Below, piece by piece: positions 26,903-41,000 of a stretch of DNA of 64,000 nt (its first letter is position 1; each line of letters starts with the position of its first letter). The notes under the pieces were generated by a model. That model searched no databases. It saw nothing but the letters and a program-made list of their open reading frames with translations, and was not told the DNA's origin. Both the position numbers and the translations under genes were made by a program. Source of the DNA: Hormiphora californensis (Eukaryota > Animalia > Ctenophora); NCBI GenBank assembly GCA_020137815.1, contig CM035358.1, positions 3,348,001 through 3,412,000 of the forward strand, written 5' to 3'.

Positions 26903-27945
26903 ACCCTCTCGAAAGGACTACAAAACCAAAGAAAAACTACGTGATTGATAAACTTAAAATTAACAACACAGAATTTTTGTATTTAACTTGGCATGTTTTT
27001 GATTTCCGAAGTAATTTGAGCGTTGTACAAAGTGGTTTTGACCTTTTTGATGTATTCGAACGTTGGTTTTACGAAATTCAAAATCATTTGATATCTATCC
27101 TGCCCAGAACGCTGAACGGGGAAGTATACAGTTTTTCAAACAGTTACTCATAGCACAGAAATTATGGAACTTTTGTTTTTTATTCACTCTGGAAAAATCA
27201 ACGAAACATTTTTGGGCGCCGTGTGTTACGATCTGGGTGTTTGGTGGCCTGTTTACAGGTGCACACTTCCAAAAAGTTGATTCACTAAAATGGCTCTAAC
27301 CGCCAAACCACTCAATCGTTCTGGCTTATTCAAAGTTTATCTGGTAGGAAATGTAATGCAATTTATGCATTTAAAGTACCACTCAATAGTGAATAAATAG
27401 TAGAAAAATGGTGCCAACTCACTCTCTAAACTATTACTTTCTCAAGTGATGTTAAGGCCTGACCTCAACCCAAGTCCCAAACCCTAAAAACCGTTTGTCA
27501 GCACTCACCAAACACCCAGATTTTAACGTTGGCTATTTTTTGCGGGCGCCGTTGGTCCCTGCAGCGCGGGATAAGGCAGAGCTTTTCAACAGATTTTAAC
27601 GCTGGCCATGAGGAGCCTCGGAAATGTTCAAGTCGTGCACAATCAAGTCACGCCCACCAATCGACTTGAACATTTCCGAGGCTCCTCATTTTTTGCGGAG
27701 AAAACTTTTTTGAAATTCTATTCGCGTCGATTGTCGAACTTTACTTTCGCGAAAGCTTTCGATCTTGCGCGGTATGAGATAATGCGCGGATTGACATTTG
27801 CGCGTGCTATTTTACATCAACGAATTTTGTTCGGAATAAACCCATAGATTTTAAAAGTCAAACACAAAATTACAAACGGTAAATAAATTAAACCAGAACA
27901 ACCAATATCCCAGCAATATCCACAATCCAAATATTAAACTCAAAG

Positions 27946-30900
27946 TCAAAGCACTTCATCAGGTACTGTTAGCCCAAAACTTTCCCTCCTAATCTCTACA
28001 ACCTCGTCCCCAGCTGATTTTATCTTCTGGATCAGATTCTGGCTAGTTTTCCGGATAACTTCTTCGCCCTTATCTGGTGTGTTAAAGTCGAATTGACCTC
28101 GGTAGATAATGTCCCCGCCTGCATTTCCGTAAACCTGCAACAAAGAGTGATCAGGTGTGGGTTGTTCAAACTGATTAGAGATGGTCGAGCAAGGCAGGTT
28201 GAAGGAGGGTATCTGTATTAAATATACAAGTGTGGAGAAGTGGATAGATAACAAGCTAAAAAGACCACCTACATAAGCTCGACGGGCGTTCTCCCTAATG
28301 ACCTTTTTCACCCATTGTATAGGTTTCTTCTGTTTCGTCTTTACAACGAGACCAAACGTGGTACTGCAGGGAACACATCATGTTAGTTAAAACAGTATGA
28401 ATACGGGGAATAGCAAAAGAGTAACATGAATTATAACTAAACTGCGTACTCAAGTCTGAAGTCTGTGACAGCCTTGGTTGCTCTCTCCTTGACAATCTCT
28501 TCCCCTCCGTAGAGATAGACACAGTAGTCCACGAAGAACGGGTCTCTCTGAGTATCGTTATAAAAATACAGTTAAAGCGTGAAAAATATCTTATACTTAG
28601 GTTGACTGAGAGTCAGTTAAATTAGGGGGGGGGGGGTGCCATAGTGACAAACTGTTGATTTGTTACTCACTGTACCTTATCCTGAAACACAGGGATAACA
28701 CCAAAGTTTTGGGCAGGTTCCCTTAAGTTCCAACGGTCATTGTTTTCCTTCATAAACTGCTCAAACTGTTTTCCCATCATACGGGTGGGAACGTTAAGCT
28801 GAAATGGAACTGATTTAGTATTTAATCACTGTTAAATAGGGATTTTATACAGTTGCCCTTACTGTGCGAGGTGCTAAATCATGATGTTGGAGCCCCTACC
28901 TTTTGTACATATTGTACTGACTCCAGGAACTGTCGAAATTTCAAAGCTATCCTATCTAAAACTTCCCTATCCTCGTGTAGCAGAACCAATGTCCCATCGG
29001 ATCGTGATTGTAGGGACATCTGACATATTAGGTTGTTATGTTCTTTACATTCGTAACAGTGGTGGGGCAAGGCAAATGTGAGGTTGGGAGTAAAATAGGA
29101 AAGAGTGGTGTCAGGGGGAAAGATTCATTGGAGGATCAGTACCTCTTCCATTTCGTCTCTGCTAAGAAAGCGTGTCAGTATCTTAATCCTGTTTTCTTTG
29201 TTAAACAGAAGCTCTCTCAGCCCACCCAATGCCGGTGATCCATCAAGTTGTAATTCTTGTTTGTAAACCTTGTTGAGTAAGGGGGTTACTCAACAATGTA
29301 AACCAGGAAACGACCGAACCGGGATTTTTACCACCGAACCGAACCGAATCGGAAAAAAAATTTTACCGAACCGAACCGAATTTCGGTTACCGAACCGAAC
29401 CGAACCACAGCAAATTTTTCATATGCAAAGTTTTATCAAAAAATTCATGGAGTGCACCGATCAAGGTGTTGAGAATCATTCTTTGAAATTTTGTAAGTCA
29501 ATTTTTGCGTACGAATCGTGTTTCGAATCGGCAATGCTAAGCGGGAGTGATGTTGATAATTAGCGGGTTCGAGATGGATTGTGCTGATACATGATCCCCA
29601 ATCAAGTGTAATTAGGAAATTTAGGGGGACATGATTCATTGTCTAATTAGCAGCATCACGTATCAGCAAAATCCATCTCTAACTCGCAAATTAGAAACAA
29701 AACTCCCGCTTAGCAGTGCCGATTCGAAACACGATTCGTATACCATAATTTTGACTTGAAAAATTTTTCAAAACTTTTTTCACAAAATTTCTTGGAATGA
29801 TTCTCAATACCTTGATCGATGCTCTCCATGAATTTTTAGAAAAACATTTAATTTTGTGAAAAAATTTTCTAAGTCAATTTTTGCGTACGATTACGAATCG
29901 TGATTCGAATCAGTGATGATATCTGGAAATACTGTCGCTAATTAGACGATGAATCGTGTTACCCCTAAATTTCCTAATTAGATTCGATGTGGGTTCACGT
30001 ACCAGCACGATTCATCTTGAACCGGCTAATTAGCAACATCACTCCCGCTTAGCATTGTCGATTCGAATCATGATTCGTACGCAAAAATTGACTTCGAAAA
30101 TTTAATGTTTTTCTAAAAATTCATGGAGAGCATCGATCAAGGTATTGAGAATCATTCCAAGAAATTTTGTGAAAAAAGTTTTGAAAATTTTTTTCCCTGC
30201 CCGGGTGAATGCCGAAGGCATTCACCCGGATGCCTTTTTACTTTGTAAAAAGGCATAGCAGGGTTAGAATTCGAAAACGACATTTTGGTATACGGGGGGG
30301 TAATCATGGTGACAAATGGTGACAAATGGAGACAAATGGTGACAAATGGTGACAAATGGTGATGGTGACATGACCGAATTTTCGAGATGAGTCACCATTT
30401 GTCACCATTTTTTCTAGAGCTTCCTAGAGGCATAATATGATATTTTATGACACTTATAAGCAAACTAGAGCACTTCTACCAGTGGATGATGACAAAATAT
30501 GAAGTTTCAAGTCGATTGGATGTAATTAAGGGGTCGTAAATGGTTAATTGCCATTTTATGTGTTGCACGAGAGAGGCACACCCTCAATGTGGGTTTTATT
30601 CGTTACACAGATATCGCAGATCAAAATAGTGTTCACTAAAATGATTTTCTCATCAAAACGCGTCGATCGAGTACCTATAACATGGTGTTCTGACAATAGC
30701 TTTACCCGGTAGCCTAAAACATGTACCCGTTTGGGATTTTTTAGGGTAATTTCTGAACTTTACGCCATAGATAGGTTTACACCGACTATAATCGAAGCAG
30801 AATTTCACGCCGAGAAAGATGGTTGTATTTAATTTGTTCTAGGTTGTTTCTGAAGCAAAAAAAACCTAAAAAATCCTAAAAATCCTAAATTTAGGATTTT

Positions 30901-33900
30901 AGCACTAATTTATTTTTGAATAGGGATATTTACTCATAATTAGGGTAACATCGACATATATTGGAAGGAAATCAATAAATTTTAGAAAATTTTTAGAAAT
31001 CTTCCCGAAATCCGCAAATTTCGTCAAAAAATGGTGACAAATGGTGCCAAATGGAGACAAATGGTGACAAATGGAGACAAATGGTGACAAATGGTGATGG
31101 TGACATACCCCAAATGGACAGATGAGTCACCATATGTCACCATTTGTCACCATTTGTCACCATGATTACCCCCCCTGGTATACTAACTAAATTGGTAGAG
31201 GGACCATTTTGGTCACACTTTCGTTGCGAGGGGCAACCCGGTACCACCCGGTGTACTCAGCGTAGCAACTGAGCCGCGCACACAACAAAAAGGTGCTCCT
31301 TTATCAAAACTTACAATGACACAGTTTGATGGACGTGTATGCTCGCGCCACTCAACAAAACATGAATAGCGCTGCCGTGTGTTTCGCGTGTTACATACAC
31401 ATTGTCATCTTGCGAGTCGAGTGTGAGAGGTTAGATAAGTAGTTAAGTTAGAATGTCAAAAGCTGGTTAGCAAGTGTCCATGTCATGTGATTAAACTAAG
31501 CTATGTGAGAAGTATACTGACAGCTAGATCGTATGCATCTCACATTACATTATGACCAAGCCTTGATCCTGTTGACAGTGACACGTGAAACGGTAGGGCA
31601 GGGAAACACAGCATTATGAATACATAATGCAATGATACTTGTTTAAGTCAATATTATGGTATACGAATCGTGTTTCGAATCGGCACTGCTAAGCGGGAGT
31701 TTTGTTTCTAATTTGCGAGTTAGAGATGGATTTTGCTGATACGTGATGCTGCTAATTAGACAATGAATCATGTCCCCCTAAATTTCCTAATTACACTTGA
31801 TTGGGGATCATGTATCAGCACAATCCATCTCGAACCCGCTAATTATCAACATCACTCCCGCTTAGCATTGCCGATTCGAAACACGATTCGTACGCAAAAA
31901 TTGACTTAGAAAGTTTTCGAAAAATTTGACTTTGAAAATTTTTCACAAAATTGACTTTTTTACAAAATTTCAAAGAATGATTCTCAACACCTTGATCGGT
32001 GCACTCCATGAATTTTTTGATAAAAAAGCATCTGAAATTGATGACTCCCTTATGAGGACATGATTCCATGGGAAGTCACGTATAAAATCAATCCATATCG
32101 AGCCCGCTAATCAGCGAAATCACTTCCACATAGCATCGTCGATTCAAAACAGGGTTCATACGGCAAAATTGACATTGAAATCCATAAAAATTTTCGTGAA
32201 ATAATTGACAAATGATGGCCGAAAAGCCCGATTTTTGGCCATTTTTTGAACAAAAAATTCGGTGATTCGGCCAAAATTTTCCACCGAACCGAACCGAACC
32301 AACGAAAAAACACCGAATTTCCGAACCGAACCGAACCGAATATTCGGTCGCTTCCTGATGTAAACCTGCACAAAATGAACTGAGTAACTGGCCCACATTG
32401 GTTAAGACCACTTCATAGAAGCTACAAACCTTATAACTGCGGTAAGATATCAATTTGTTAACTTGTTGGGTTGTTGTTACCCAACAAACTGACCTTTGAG
32501 TTGAGGCAGTCTCTGAGTTTCATCTCGTAATCCTTACTGTGACATGTCACAGTGATGGAAGCACCTTTAAGATTTGTCTAATCAGGGGAGAGAGAGTTAG
32601 GCATGAGCATTCATTGTAAAGTATCATCTTAAATATCATATAACAGCTGACTAACTGTCAGAAACATGACCACTGTGTGCCACTAAACCCCGTGGTTTGG
32701 TTTGGTTCGACTGTACCTCCCACTGCGCCCCGGAGGCGCCTGGCTCAAGTGGTACTGTTGTATCCGTATTGTATCCCCGTGGTTAATAATTGATATACTA
32801 TATATTCAACAAGCCGCACGTGGTTCTTTAACTCACCTTAACTTGTATTCTAAGTCTCTTAATAGCATAGTTGACAATCTCCATGTCTATATTCTCCAAG
32901 CTAAACTGGTGAGCCTCCTCCCTTGTCAGCACCCTCCCCACCATCCTGGAGAGGTGCTGGAGTGTTTGGTCCACATTCCCTGATCCATCCACATAGAGTA
33001 TATCTCGATTCAACCTAACTTTTGTTCCATACCTCTTACTCTTTCTACGAGGTACATGGTAGGTTAGGAGTGCAAGGAGAGACAAGGGTCATGTGTGTGT
33101 TATTGGAGTACCTAAAATTGTTATTTCCTACAGACGTTTATTAAGACAGTGTTATTCCTCATTACATTTACCGGGCTTGCAGTAATAGCTGCTGACTTTT
33201 AATAGCTTTGAGAGCTGCTGTCTTTGAGTAGCATGAGAGCTGCTGACTTTGGAATTTAGCTTTATTCAGTGTGAGAGCATTTTTATGCCTATCTAAGTTG
33301 GTTCGTATTTTATGAGGCCCGTATTTTCTTCAATAAAAGTCTATCTATGGTGTGTTTAAAACCAGATTTAATAGTGTGTGTCATAAGTAAGGAAGGTGTT
33401 ATAATTTAGGTATACCGCTCTGACGCTGAGCAGTGTCAGTCAAAATTCAGTTTGCTGGCCCCGTTTTGCCTGGGCGGTATACAGGGGGGGGGGGGGGGTG
33501 ACACGTAACACTTTGTAACACTTTGTAACATGTGCAGAAAACTTTTTGTGCACGTTACATGTTACAAAGTGTTACATAGTGTTACAAAGTGTTACAAAGT
33601 GTTACATAGTGTTACAAAGTGTTACAAAGTGTTACATAGTGTTGCAAAGTGTCACAAAGTGTTACAAATTGTTACAAAGTGTTACAAATTGTTACGAAAT
33701 ATTTACAAACACACAAGGATTTGTAGCGAAGCAAATTTTCAATCTTTGACCAAAAAATTGATTTTGGAAAAATTTTATTTCTTTTTCCAACAGAAACGTT
33801 GTATATCATCTTATTAAGTACAAAGAATCGATTACCAATGAAAAAAAAGTGTGTTAACGATTGGGTCACAACTCACAGGTGACTCAGCACATTGGCTGCC

Positions 33901-35973
33901 TCTGAGAGGCACAATATTTTTAATATCACTCTAAAAACTTTACCGTTGTCTAAAGTTCATATTTTTCTTTACCAAATGGACTATTTCAGCCCTGATTTCC
34001 ACAGTCGATGACATCGGAGGCTCAAAACATCCGCAAATTAGTAAAAAAGTGTATGTTTTAACCCTAGAAATGATTTAAAACTTTTAGATGTGTTCTAGAA
34101 AGACACCAAAGTCGTTCAAATTACTTATTCACCAACCGTCTTATATACCGCCTGGGCCAAAAAAAGTCATGGTACGCCGAGCCTCATATCTCCCAAATCT
34201 TAACTTCGATCACTCTGATGTTTTGACACAATGTTTGTATGGGTACTCATTCGAGGAATCCGGAGTTTCAATTCCTAAATCTTTAAAATTCATTAATGAA
34301 CCCCTTTTTTCATTTTTTGGGTTTTTCCACGTTTTCTCATTGTCAAATTCGATTTTATTCTTAAAAAAAGCAACCATGCATTAGATTAAACAATAATAAA
34401 TGGCAATCCGAATTTTTATTAAAAATGAATCAAGTTTAGTTGGTGAAATAAATGATTAAAAAATGGTCATTTTTACCAAACATCGATTTTGACCCATTTT
34501 GAGGAGAAATCGGTAATTTCAGGCGCTAAAGGTTGGTACGGCCATTGCACTTGATCAATGTTGATGTTAGCCGGAATTTTAGCTCTCTATCTCAAAGTTC
34601 ATTTTTCCGACTGAAATGAATCCTGAATGAACTTGAAAATAGGAATGCTTTTTCAAACCGGAATTTCACAGTCGTCCTTTGGGTATCGATTTCCTTTCAA
34701 ACGCGACTAATTTTAGCTCAATTGGACCACCACAAGAGACGCAGTGTCCAGTTTTCTAACCCTGGGTCTGGTCATGTGACCCCCATTGAGACGCTAGTGT
34801 CATTACGAAGTGCCAATAAGCAGGTGTAACGGTCGAGTATCACGTATCACATCTGCTAATGAGGACGGTGTACCGATACAGCGTCCGTTAAAATATAAGC
34901 TCTCTTGCTAACACGTCATAATTTGATGGGGATCACATGACCCAACCTAGGCTTGGTAAACTGGCCACTGTAATTCTTGTGGTGATCCAATTAAGCTCAA
35001 ACTGGTCGCGTTCGAAAGAAAATCGATAGCCAAACAAATTTGTGAAACTTTGGTACCAAAATATGGTCCCTTTTTGGTGTTCCTTCAATGTTCATTCGGG
35101 CGGAAAAAATGAACTTTCATCCAGAGGGCTGAAACTCCGGATTCCTCGAATGAGTACCCATACAAATATTGTGTCAAAATATCAGAGTGATGGAAGTTAA
35201 GATTTGGGAGATATGAGGCTCGGCGTACCATGACATTTTTTTGGCCCAGGCGGTATTTTGTAAATATTTTGTAACAATTTGTAACACTTTGTAACAATTT
35301 GTAACACTTTGTGACACTATGTAACACTTTGTGACACTTTGTAACACTATGTAACACTTTGTAACACTATGTAACACTTTGTAACACTATGTAACACTTT
35401 GTAACACTTTGTAACACTATGTAACACTTTGTAACATGTGCAGAAAACTTTTTGTGCACGTTACATGTTACAAAGTGTTACAAAGTGTTACGTGTCACCC
35501 CCCCCCCCTGTATACAAAAACTTATATTATTATTATTATTATTAACTTTCTACAAACCTTGAAACCTCAATCCACTTCGAATTCAGGTTTTTAGCTTCAG
35601 CAGTAGTCAAATAGAAAGTAGTGTCCCCAATATTAGACCCTTGTTGTAGCAGTCTTGTTGCTCTCAATGATACAGCTTCGACAGCCTCAACTGATGCACC
35701 CACAATGTGGATATGGTCCCCGTTAGAGAACCGCATCTTAACCTGCAGGAGCACGATAAGAGAACAATGAAATGTTCTGAGAACATATATATATCGGACA
35801 AACAGCTTGGGTCTAATTCTAGTTCTGATTGTCACACCTAATTGTTATACCTCTGGGAATTGTGAGATGAGGGCATCTCTAATCTTCAACCAGCTAGACC
35901 TATTACATGGCACTGTTAGAACATGATCCTCCTCTCCTATGAGGAGCTCTTCTTCACCTTCCCTTGCTAGTAT
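27946..35973 (-). CDS. 3' exons of KH-like array paralogue C (cleaner duplicate copy; lacks its own 5' half)
   Basis: Exons encoding ILAREGEEELL..., VKMRFSNGDHIHIVGASVEAVEAV..., GTKVRLNRDILYVDGSGNVDQTL..., DGTLVLLHEDREVLDRIA..., and terminal VYGNAGGDIIY...VPDEVL-stop (27946). Confidence 0.65.
29304..32357. mobile_element. 3-kb non-autonomous hAT-type composite element
   Basis: atgtaaac|caggaaacgaccgaa...ttcggtcgcttcctg|atgtaaac (8-bp TSD); (ccgaa)n subterminal repeats; internal inverted blocks ~29490-29760 vs ~31645-31910; duplicate at ~39405-42405. Confidence 0.85.
30293..31178. mobile_element. Nested MITE with (gtgacaaatg)n subterminal repeats, TA-flanked
   Basis: ta|cgggggggtaatcatggtgacaaatgg...ccatttgtcaccatgattaccccccctgg|ta. 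Confidence 0.75.
33482..35510. mobile_element. Foldback-like MITE with (gttacaaagt)n arms, containing a nested TACCGC MITE
   Basis: tata|cagggg..gtgacacgtaac...gttacgtgtcacc..ccctg|tata; arms ~33482-33710 and ~35256-35510 are inverted. Confidence 0.8.
34146..35255. mobile_element. MITE of the TACCGC family (same family as 9319-10734)
   Basis: Matching TIRs and shared internal sequence with the IQANK1 intron copy. Confidence 0.85.
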
Positions 35974-36678
35974 CTGAAGAATGTAGTGGATGAGTGATAA
36001 TTGTATAGCTTGCCTAGCTAGACTCTGTTTCACGCGCCCACCCGTGAAACACACCTTCTTTACAAAATATGTATCCTTAAATCGATAGTGTTTACGCAGT
36101 GAATACGCGTGAATACTAATGAATAAAGAGTTAAAACGCAGTGATACAGAGTGAATACGCAGTAATGCAGAGCGAATGCAGAGCTCTGTATTCACTCTGT
36201 AATTCACTGCGTAAACAGTTCATGGTAGGATATCCCCAATGATTGCGTATTCACTGCTTATTCACTTCGCTTCACTGCTATTCACTCGGGGAACCACGGC
36301 GGTATTCACTGGCGTATTCCTTGCGTATTTCGCTCTGCATGCGCTCTACATTCATGCGTATTCCACTCTGTATTCACTGCGTATTCCTCTTATCACTGCG
36401 TTTCACTCTGTAGTCACTCTTTCTCAAACACTATCGATGTAATGATAATGGAGGATGCGGTAGTACCTTTGGACATACAAATATAGCAACCACTATAACC
36501 TCCCTGTTCTGAGAGAAGTCTGACACACAATATGTTTCCTCCTCCCAACATGGTGTAAAGGTACTGTAGCACGAGAAACAAACCTCTCTTATTCGTTAGA
36601 ACCCCCTCTAAAGCACGAGAAACAACCTCAACACATGTCCTCACACAAACCACAGTTCCTCACACAAACTCCCCACAG

Positions 36679-37009
36679 TCAAGGTATCCAGAACCCGGTG
36701 AACTACTTCGCTGATCAGCTGTTCAAGTCTATGAAGGGTCTGGGTACAAATGATAAAAACTGATACGGTTGATGGTGTGGAGGAGTGAGATCGACTGGAG
36801 GAAATTAAGGAAGAATTCAAGGTCATTTCCAAGGGCCAAACACTACAATCTTTTATTGAGGTATGTAATAGGAATAGGTAATTTGTTGATGTTTGTAGCT
36901 TGCATGGATATTAGTCAACTGAACTGTCATTATTTCTTAACAATTCGCACACATACAGGGTGATTGCAGTGGACACTATCGGAACGCCTTGCTCGCACTG
37001 TGCGAATGA
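36679..37009 (+). pseudogene. Duplicate annexin exons 7-8 with frameshifting indels
   Basis: Copy of 26568-26902 lacking upstream exons, e.g. ggtatcca vs ggtaatcca and gactggag vs gacatggag. Pseudogene or assembly artefact. Confidence 0.7.
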
Positions 37010-38049
37010 ACCCTCTCGAAAGGAATACAAAACCAAAGAAAAAACTACGTGATTGATAAACTTAAATTAACAACACAGAATTTTTGTATTAACTTGGCAT
37101 GTTTTGATTTCCGAAGTAATTGAGCGTTTGTACAAAGTGGTTTGAACTTTTTGATGTATTCGAACGTTGGTTTTAGAAATTCAAAATCATTTGATATCTA
37201 TCCTGCCCAGAACGCTGAACGGGGAAGTATACAGTTTTTCAAACAGTTACTCATAGCACAGAAATTATGGAACTTTTGTTTTTTATTCACTCTGGAAAAT
37301 CAACGAAAAATTTTGGGCGCCGTGTGTTACGATTGGGTGTTTGGTGGCCTGTTTACAGGTGCCACACTTCCAAAAAGTTGATTCACTAAAATGGCTCTAA
37401 CCGCCCAAACACTCAATCGTTCTGGCTTATTCAAAGTTTATCTGGTAGGAAATGTAATGCAATTTATGCATTTAAAGTACCACTCAATAGTGAAAAATAG
37501 TAGAAAAAATGGTGCCAACTCACTCTCTAAACTATTACTTTCTACAAGTGATGTTAAGGCCTGACCTCAACCCAAGTCCCCCCAAACCTAAAAACCGTTT
37601 GTCAGCACTCACCAAACACCCAGATTTTTAACGTTGGCTATTTTTTGCGGGCGCCGTTGGTCCCTGCAGCGCGGAAAGGCAGAGCTTTTCAACAGATTTT
37701 AACGCGGGCCTGGGAGCCTCGGAAATGTTCAGTCGTGCACAATCAAGTCACGCCCACCAATCGACTTGAACATTCCGAGGCTCCTCATTTTTTGCGGAGA
37801 AAACTTTTTTGAAATTCTATTCGCGTCGATTGTCGAACTTTACTTTCGCGAAAGCTTTCGATCTTGCGCGCGGCGCGGTATGAGATAATGCGCGGATTGA
37901 CATTTGCGCGTGCTATTTTACATCAACGAATTTTGTTCGGAATAAACCCATAGATTTTAAAAGTCAAAACAAAATTACAAACGGTAAATAAATTAAACCA
38001 GAACAACCAATATCCCAGCAATATCCACAATCCAAATATTAAACTCAAG

Positions 38050-41000
38050 TCAAAGCACTTCATCAGGTACTGTTGCCCAAAACTTTCCTCCTAATCTCTA
38101 CAAACCTCGTCCCCAGCTGATTTTATCTTCTGGATCAGATTCTGGCTAGTTTTCCGGATAACTTCTTCTCCCTTATCTGGTGTGGTTAAAGTCGAATTGA
38201 CCTCGGTAGATAATGTCCCCGCCTGCATTTCCGTAAACCTGCAACAAAGATGATCAGGTGTGGGTTGTTCAAACTGATTAGAGATGGTCGAGCAAGGCAG
38301 GTTGAAGGAGGGTATCTGTATTAAATATACAAGTGTGGAGAAGTGGATAGATAACAAGCTAAAAAGACCACCTACATAAGCTCGACGGGCGTTCTCCCTA
38401 ATGACCTTTTTACCCCATTGTATAGGTTTCTTCTGTTTCGTCTTTACAACGAGACCAAACGTGGTACTGCAGGGAACACATCATGTTAGTTAAAACAGTC
38501 ATATGAATACGGGGAATAGCAAAAGAGTAACATGATTATAACTAAACTGCGTACTCAGTCTGAAGTCTGTGACAGCCTTGGTTGCCTCTCTCCTTGACAA
38601 TCTCTTCCCTCCGTAGAGATAGACACAGTAGTCCACGAAGAACGGGTCTCTCTGAGTATCGTTATAAAAATACAGTTAAAGCGTGAAAAATACTTATACT
38701 TAGGTGACTGAGAGGCAGTTAAATTAGGGGGGGGGGGTGCCATAGTGACAAAACTGTTGATTTGTTACTCACTGTACCTTATCCTGAAACACTAGGGATA
38801 ACACCAAAGTTTTGGGCAGGTTCCCTTAAGTTCCAAAGTCATTGTTTTCCTTCATAAACTGCTCAAACTGTTTTCCATCATACGGGTGGGAACGTTAGCT
38901 GAAATGGAACTGATTTAGTATTAATCAATGTTAAATAGGGATTTTATACAGTTGCCCTTACTACTGTGGAGGTGCTAAATCATGATGTTGGAGCCCCTAC
39001 CTTTTGTACAATTGTACTGACTCCAGGAACGTGTCGAAATTTCAAAGCTATCCTATCTAAAATTTCCCTATCCTCGTGTAGCAGAACCAATGTCCCATCG
39101 GATCGTGATTGTAGGAACATCTGACATATTAGGTTGTTATGTTCTTTACATTCGTAACAGTGGTGGGGCAATGTGAGGTTGTATTGGGAGTAAAATAGGA
39201 ATGAGTGGTGTCAGGGGGAAAGATTCACTGGAGGATCAGTACCTCTTCCATTTCGTCTCTGCTAAGGAAAGCGTGTCAGTATCTTAATCCTGTTTTCTTT
39301 GTTAAACAGAAAGCTCTCTCAGCCCACCCAATGCCGGGATCCATCAAGTTGTAATTCTTGTTTTGTAAACCTGTGGAGTAAGGGGGTTACTCAACAATGT
39401 AAACCAGGAAAACGACCGAACCGGGTTTTTACCAACGAACCGAACCGAATCGGAAAAAAAATTTTACCGAACCGAACCGAATTTCGGTTACCGAACCGAA
39501 ACGAACCACAGCAAATTTTCATATGCAAAGTTTTATCAAAAAATTCATGGAGTGCACCGATCAAGGTGTTGAGAATCATTCTTTGAAATTTTGTAAGTCA
39601 ATTTTTGCGTACGAATCGTGTTTCGAATCGGCAATGCTAAGGGGAGTGATGTTGATAATTAGCGGGTTCGATGGATTGTGCTGATACATGATCCCCAATC
39701 AAGTGTAATTAGGAAATTTAGGGGGAACATGATTCATTGTCTAATTAGCAGCATCACGTATCAGCAAAATCCATCTCAACTCGCAAATTAGAAACAAAAC
39801 TCCCGCTTAGCAGTGCCGATTCGAAACACGATTCGTATACCATAATTTTGACTTGAAAAATTTTTCAAAACTTTTTTCACAAAATTTCTTGGAATGATTC
39901 TCAATACCTTGATCGATGCTCTCCATGAATTTTTAGAAAAACATTTAATTTTGTGAAAAAAATTTTTGCGTACGATTACGAATCGTGATTCGAATCAGTG
40001 ATGATATCTGGAAATACTGTCGCTAATTAGACGATGAATCGTGTTACCCCTAAATTTCCTAATTAGATTCGATGTGGGTTCACGTACCAGCACGATCATC
40101 TTGAACCGGCTAATTAGCAACATCACTCCCGCTTAGCATTGTCGATTCGAATCATGATTCGTAGCAAAATTGACTTCGAAAATTTAATGTTTTCTAAAAA
40201 TTCATGGAGAGCATCGATCAAGGTATGAGAATCCATTCCAAGAAATTTTGTGAAAAAAGTTTTGAAAATTTTTTTCCCTGCCCGGGTGAATGCCGAGGCA
40301 TTCACCCGGATGCCTTTTTACTTTGTAAAAAGGCATAGCAGGGTTAGAATTCGAAAACGACATTTGGTATACGGGGGGGTAATCATGGTGACAAATGGTG
40401 ACAAATGGAGACAAATGGTGACAAATGGTGACAAATGGTGATGGTGACATGACCGAATTTTCGAGATGAGTCACCATTTGTCACCATTTTTCTAGAGCTT
40501 CTAGAGGCATAATATGATATTTTATGACACTTATAAGCAAACTAGAGCACTTCTACCAGTGGATGATGACAAAATAGAGTTTCAAGTCGATTGGATGTAA
40601 TTAAGGGGTCGGAAAGGTTAATTGCCATTTTATGTGTTGCACGAGAGAGGCACACCTCAATGTGGTTTTATTCGTTACACAGATATCGCAGATCAAAATA
40701 GTGTTCACTAAAATGATTTTCTCACAAAACGCGTCGATCGAGTACCTAAACATGGTGTTCTGACAATAGCTTTACCGGTAGCCTAAAACAGTACCCGTTT
40801 GGGATTTTTAGGGTAATTTCTGAACTTTACGCCATAGATAGGTTTACACCGATAATCGAAGCAGAATTTCACGCCGAGAAAGATGGTTGTATTTAATTTG
40901 TTCTAGGTTGTTTCTGAAGCAAAAAAAAAACCTAAAAAATCCTAAAATCCTAAATTTAGGATTTTAGCACTAATTTTTTTGAATAGGGATATTTACTCAT

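Noticed and set aside
33530-35377. VTKCY-repeat ORFs
   Set aside because: 10-bp subterminal repeats of a foldback element.
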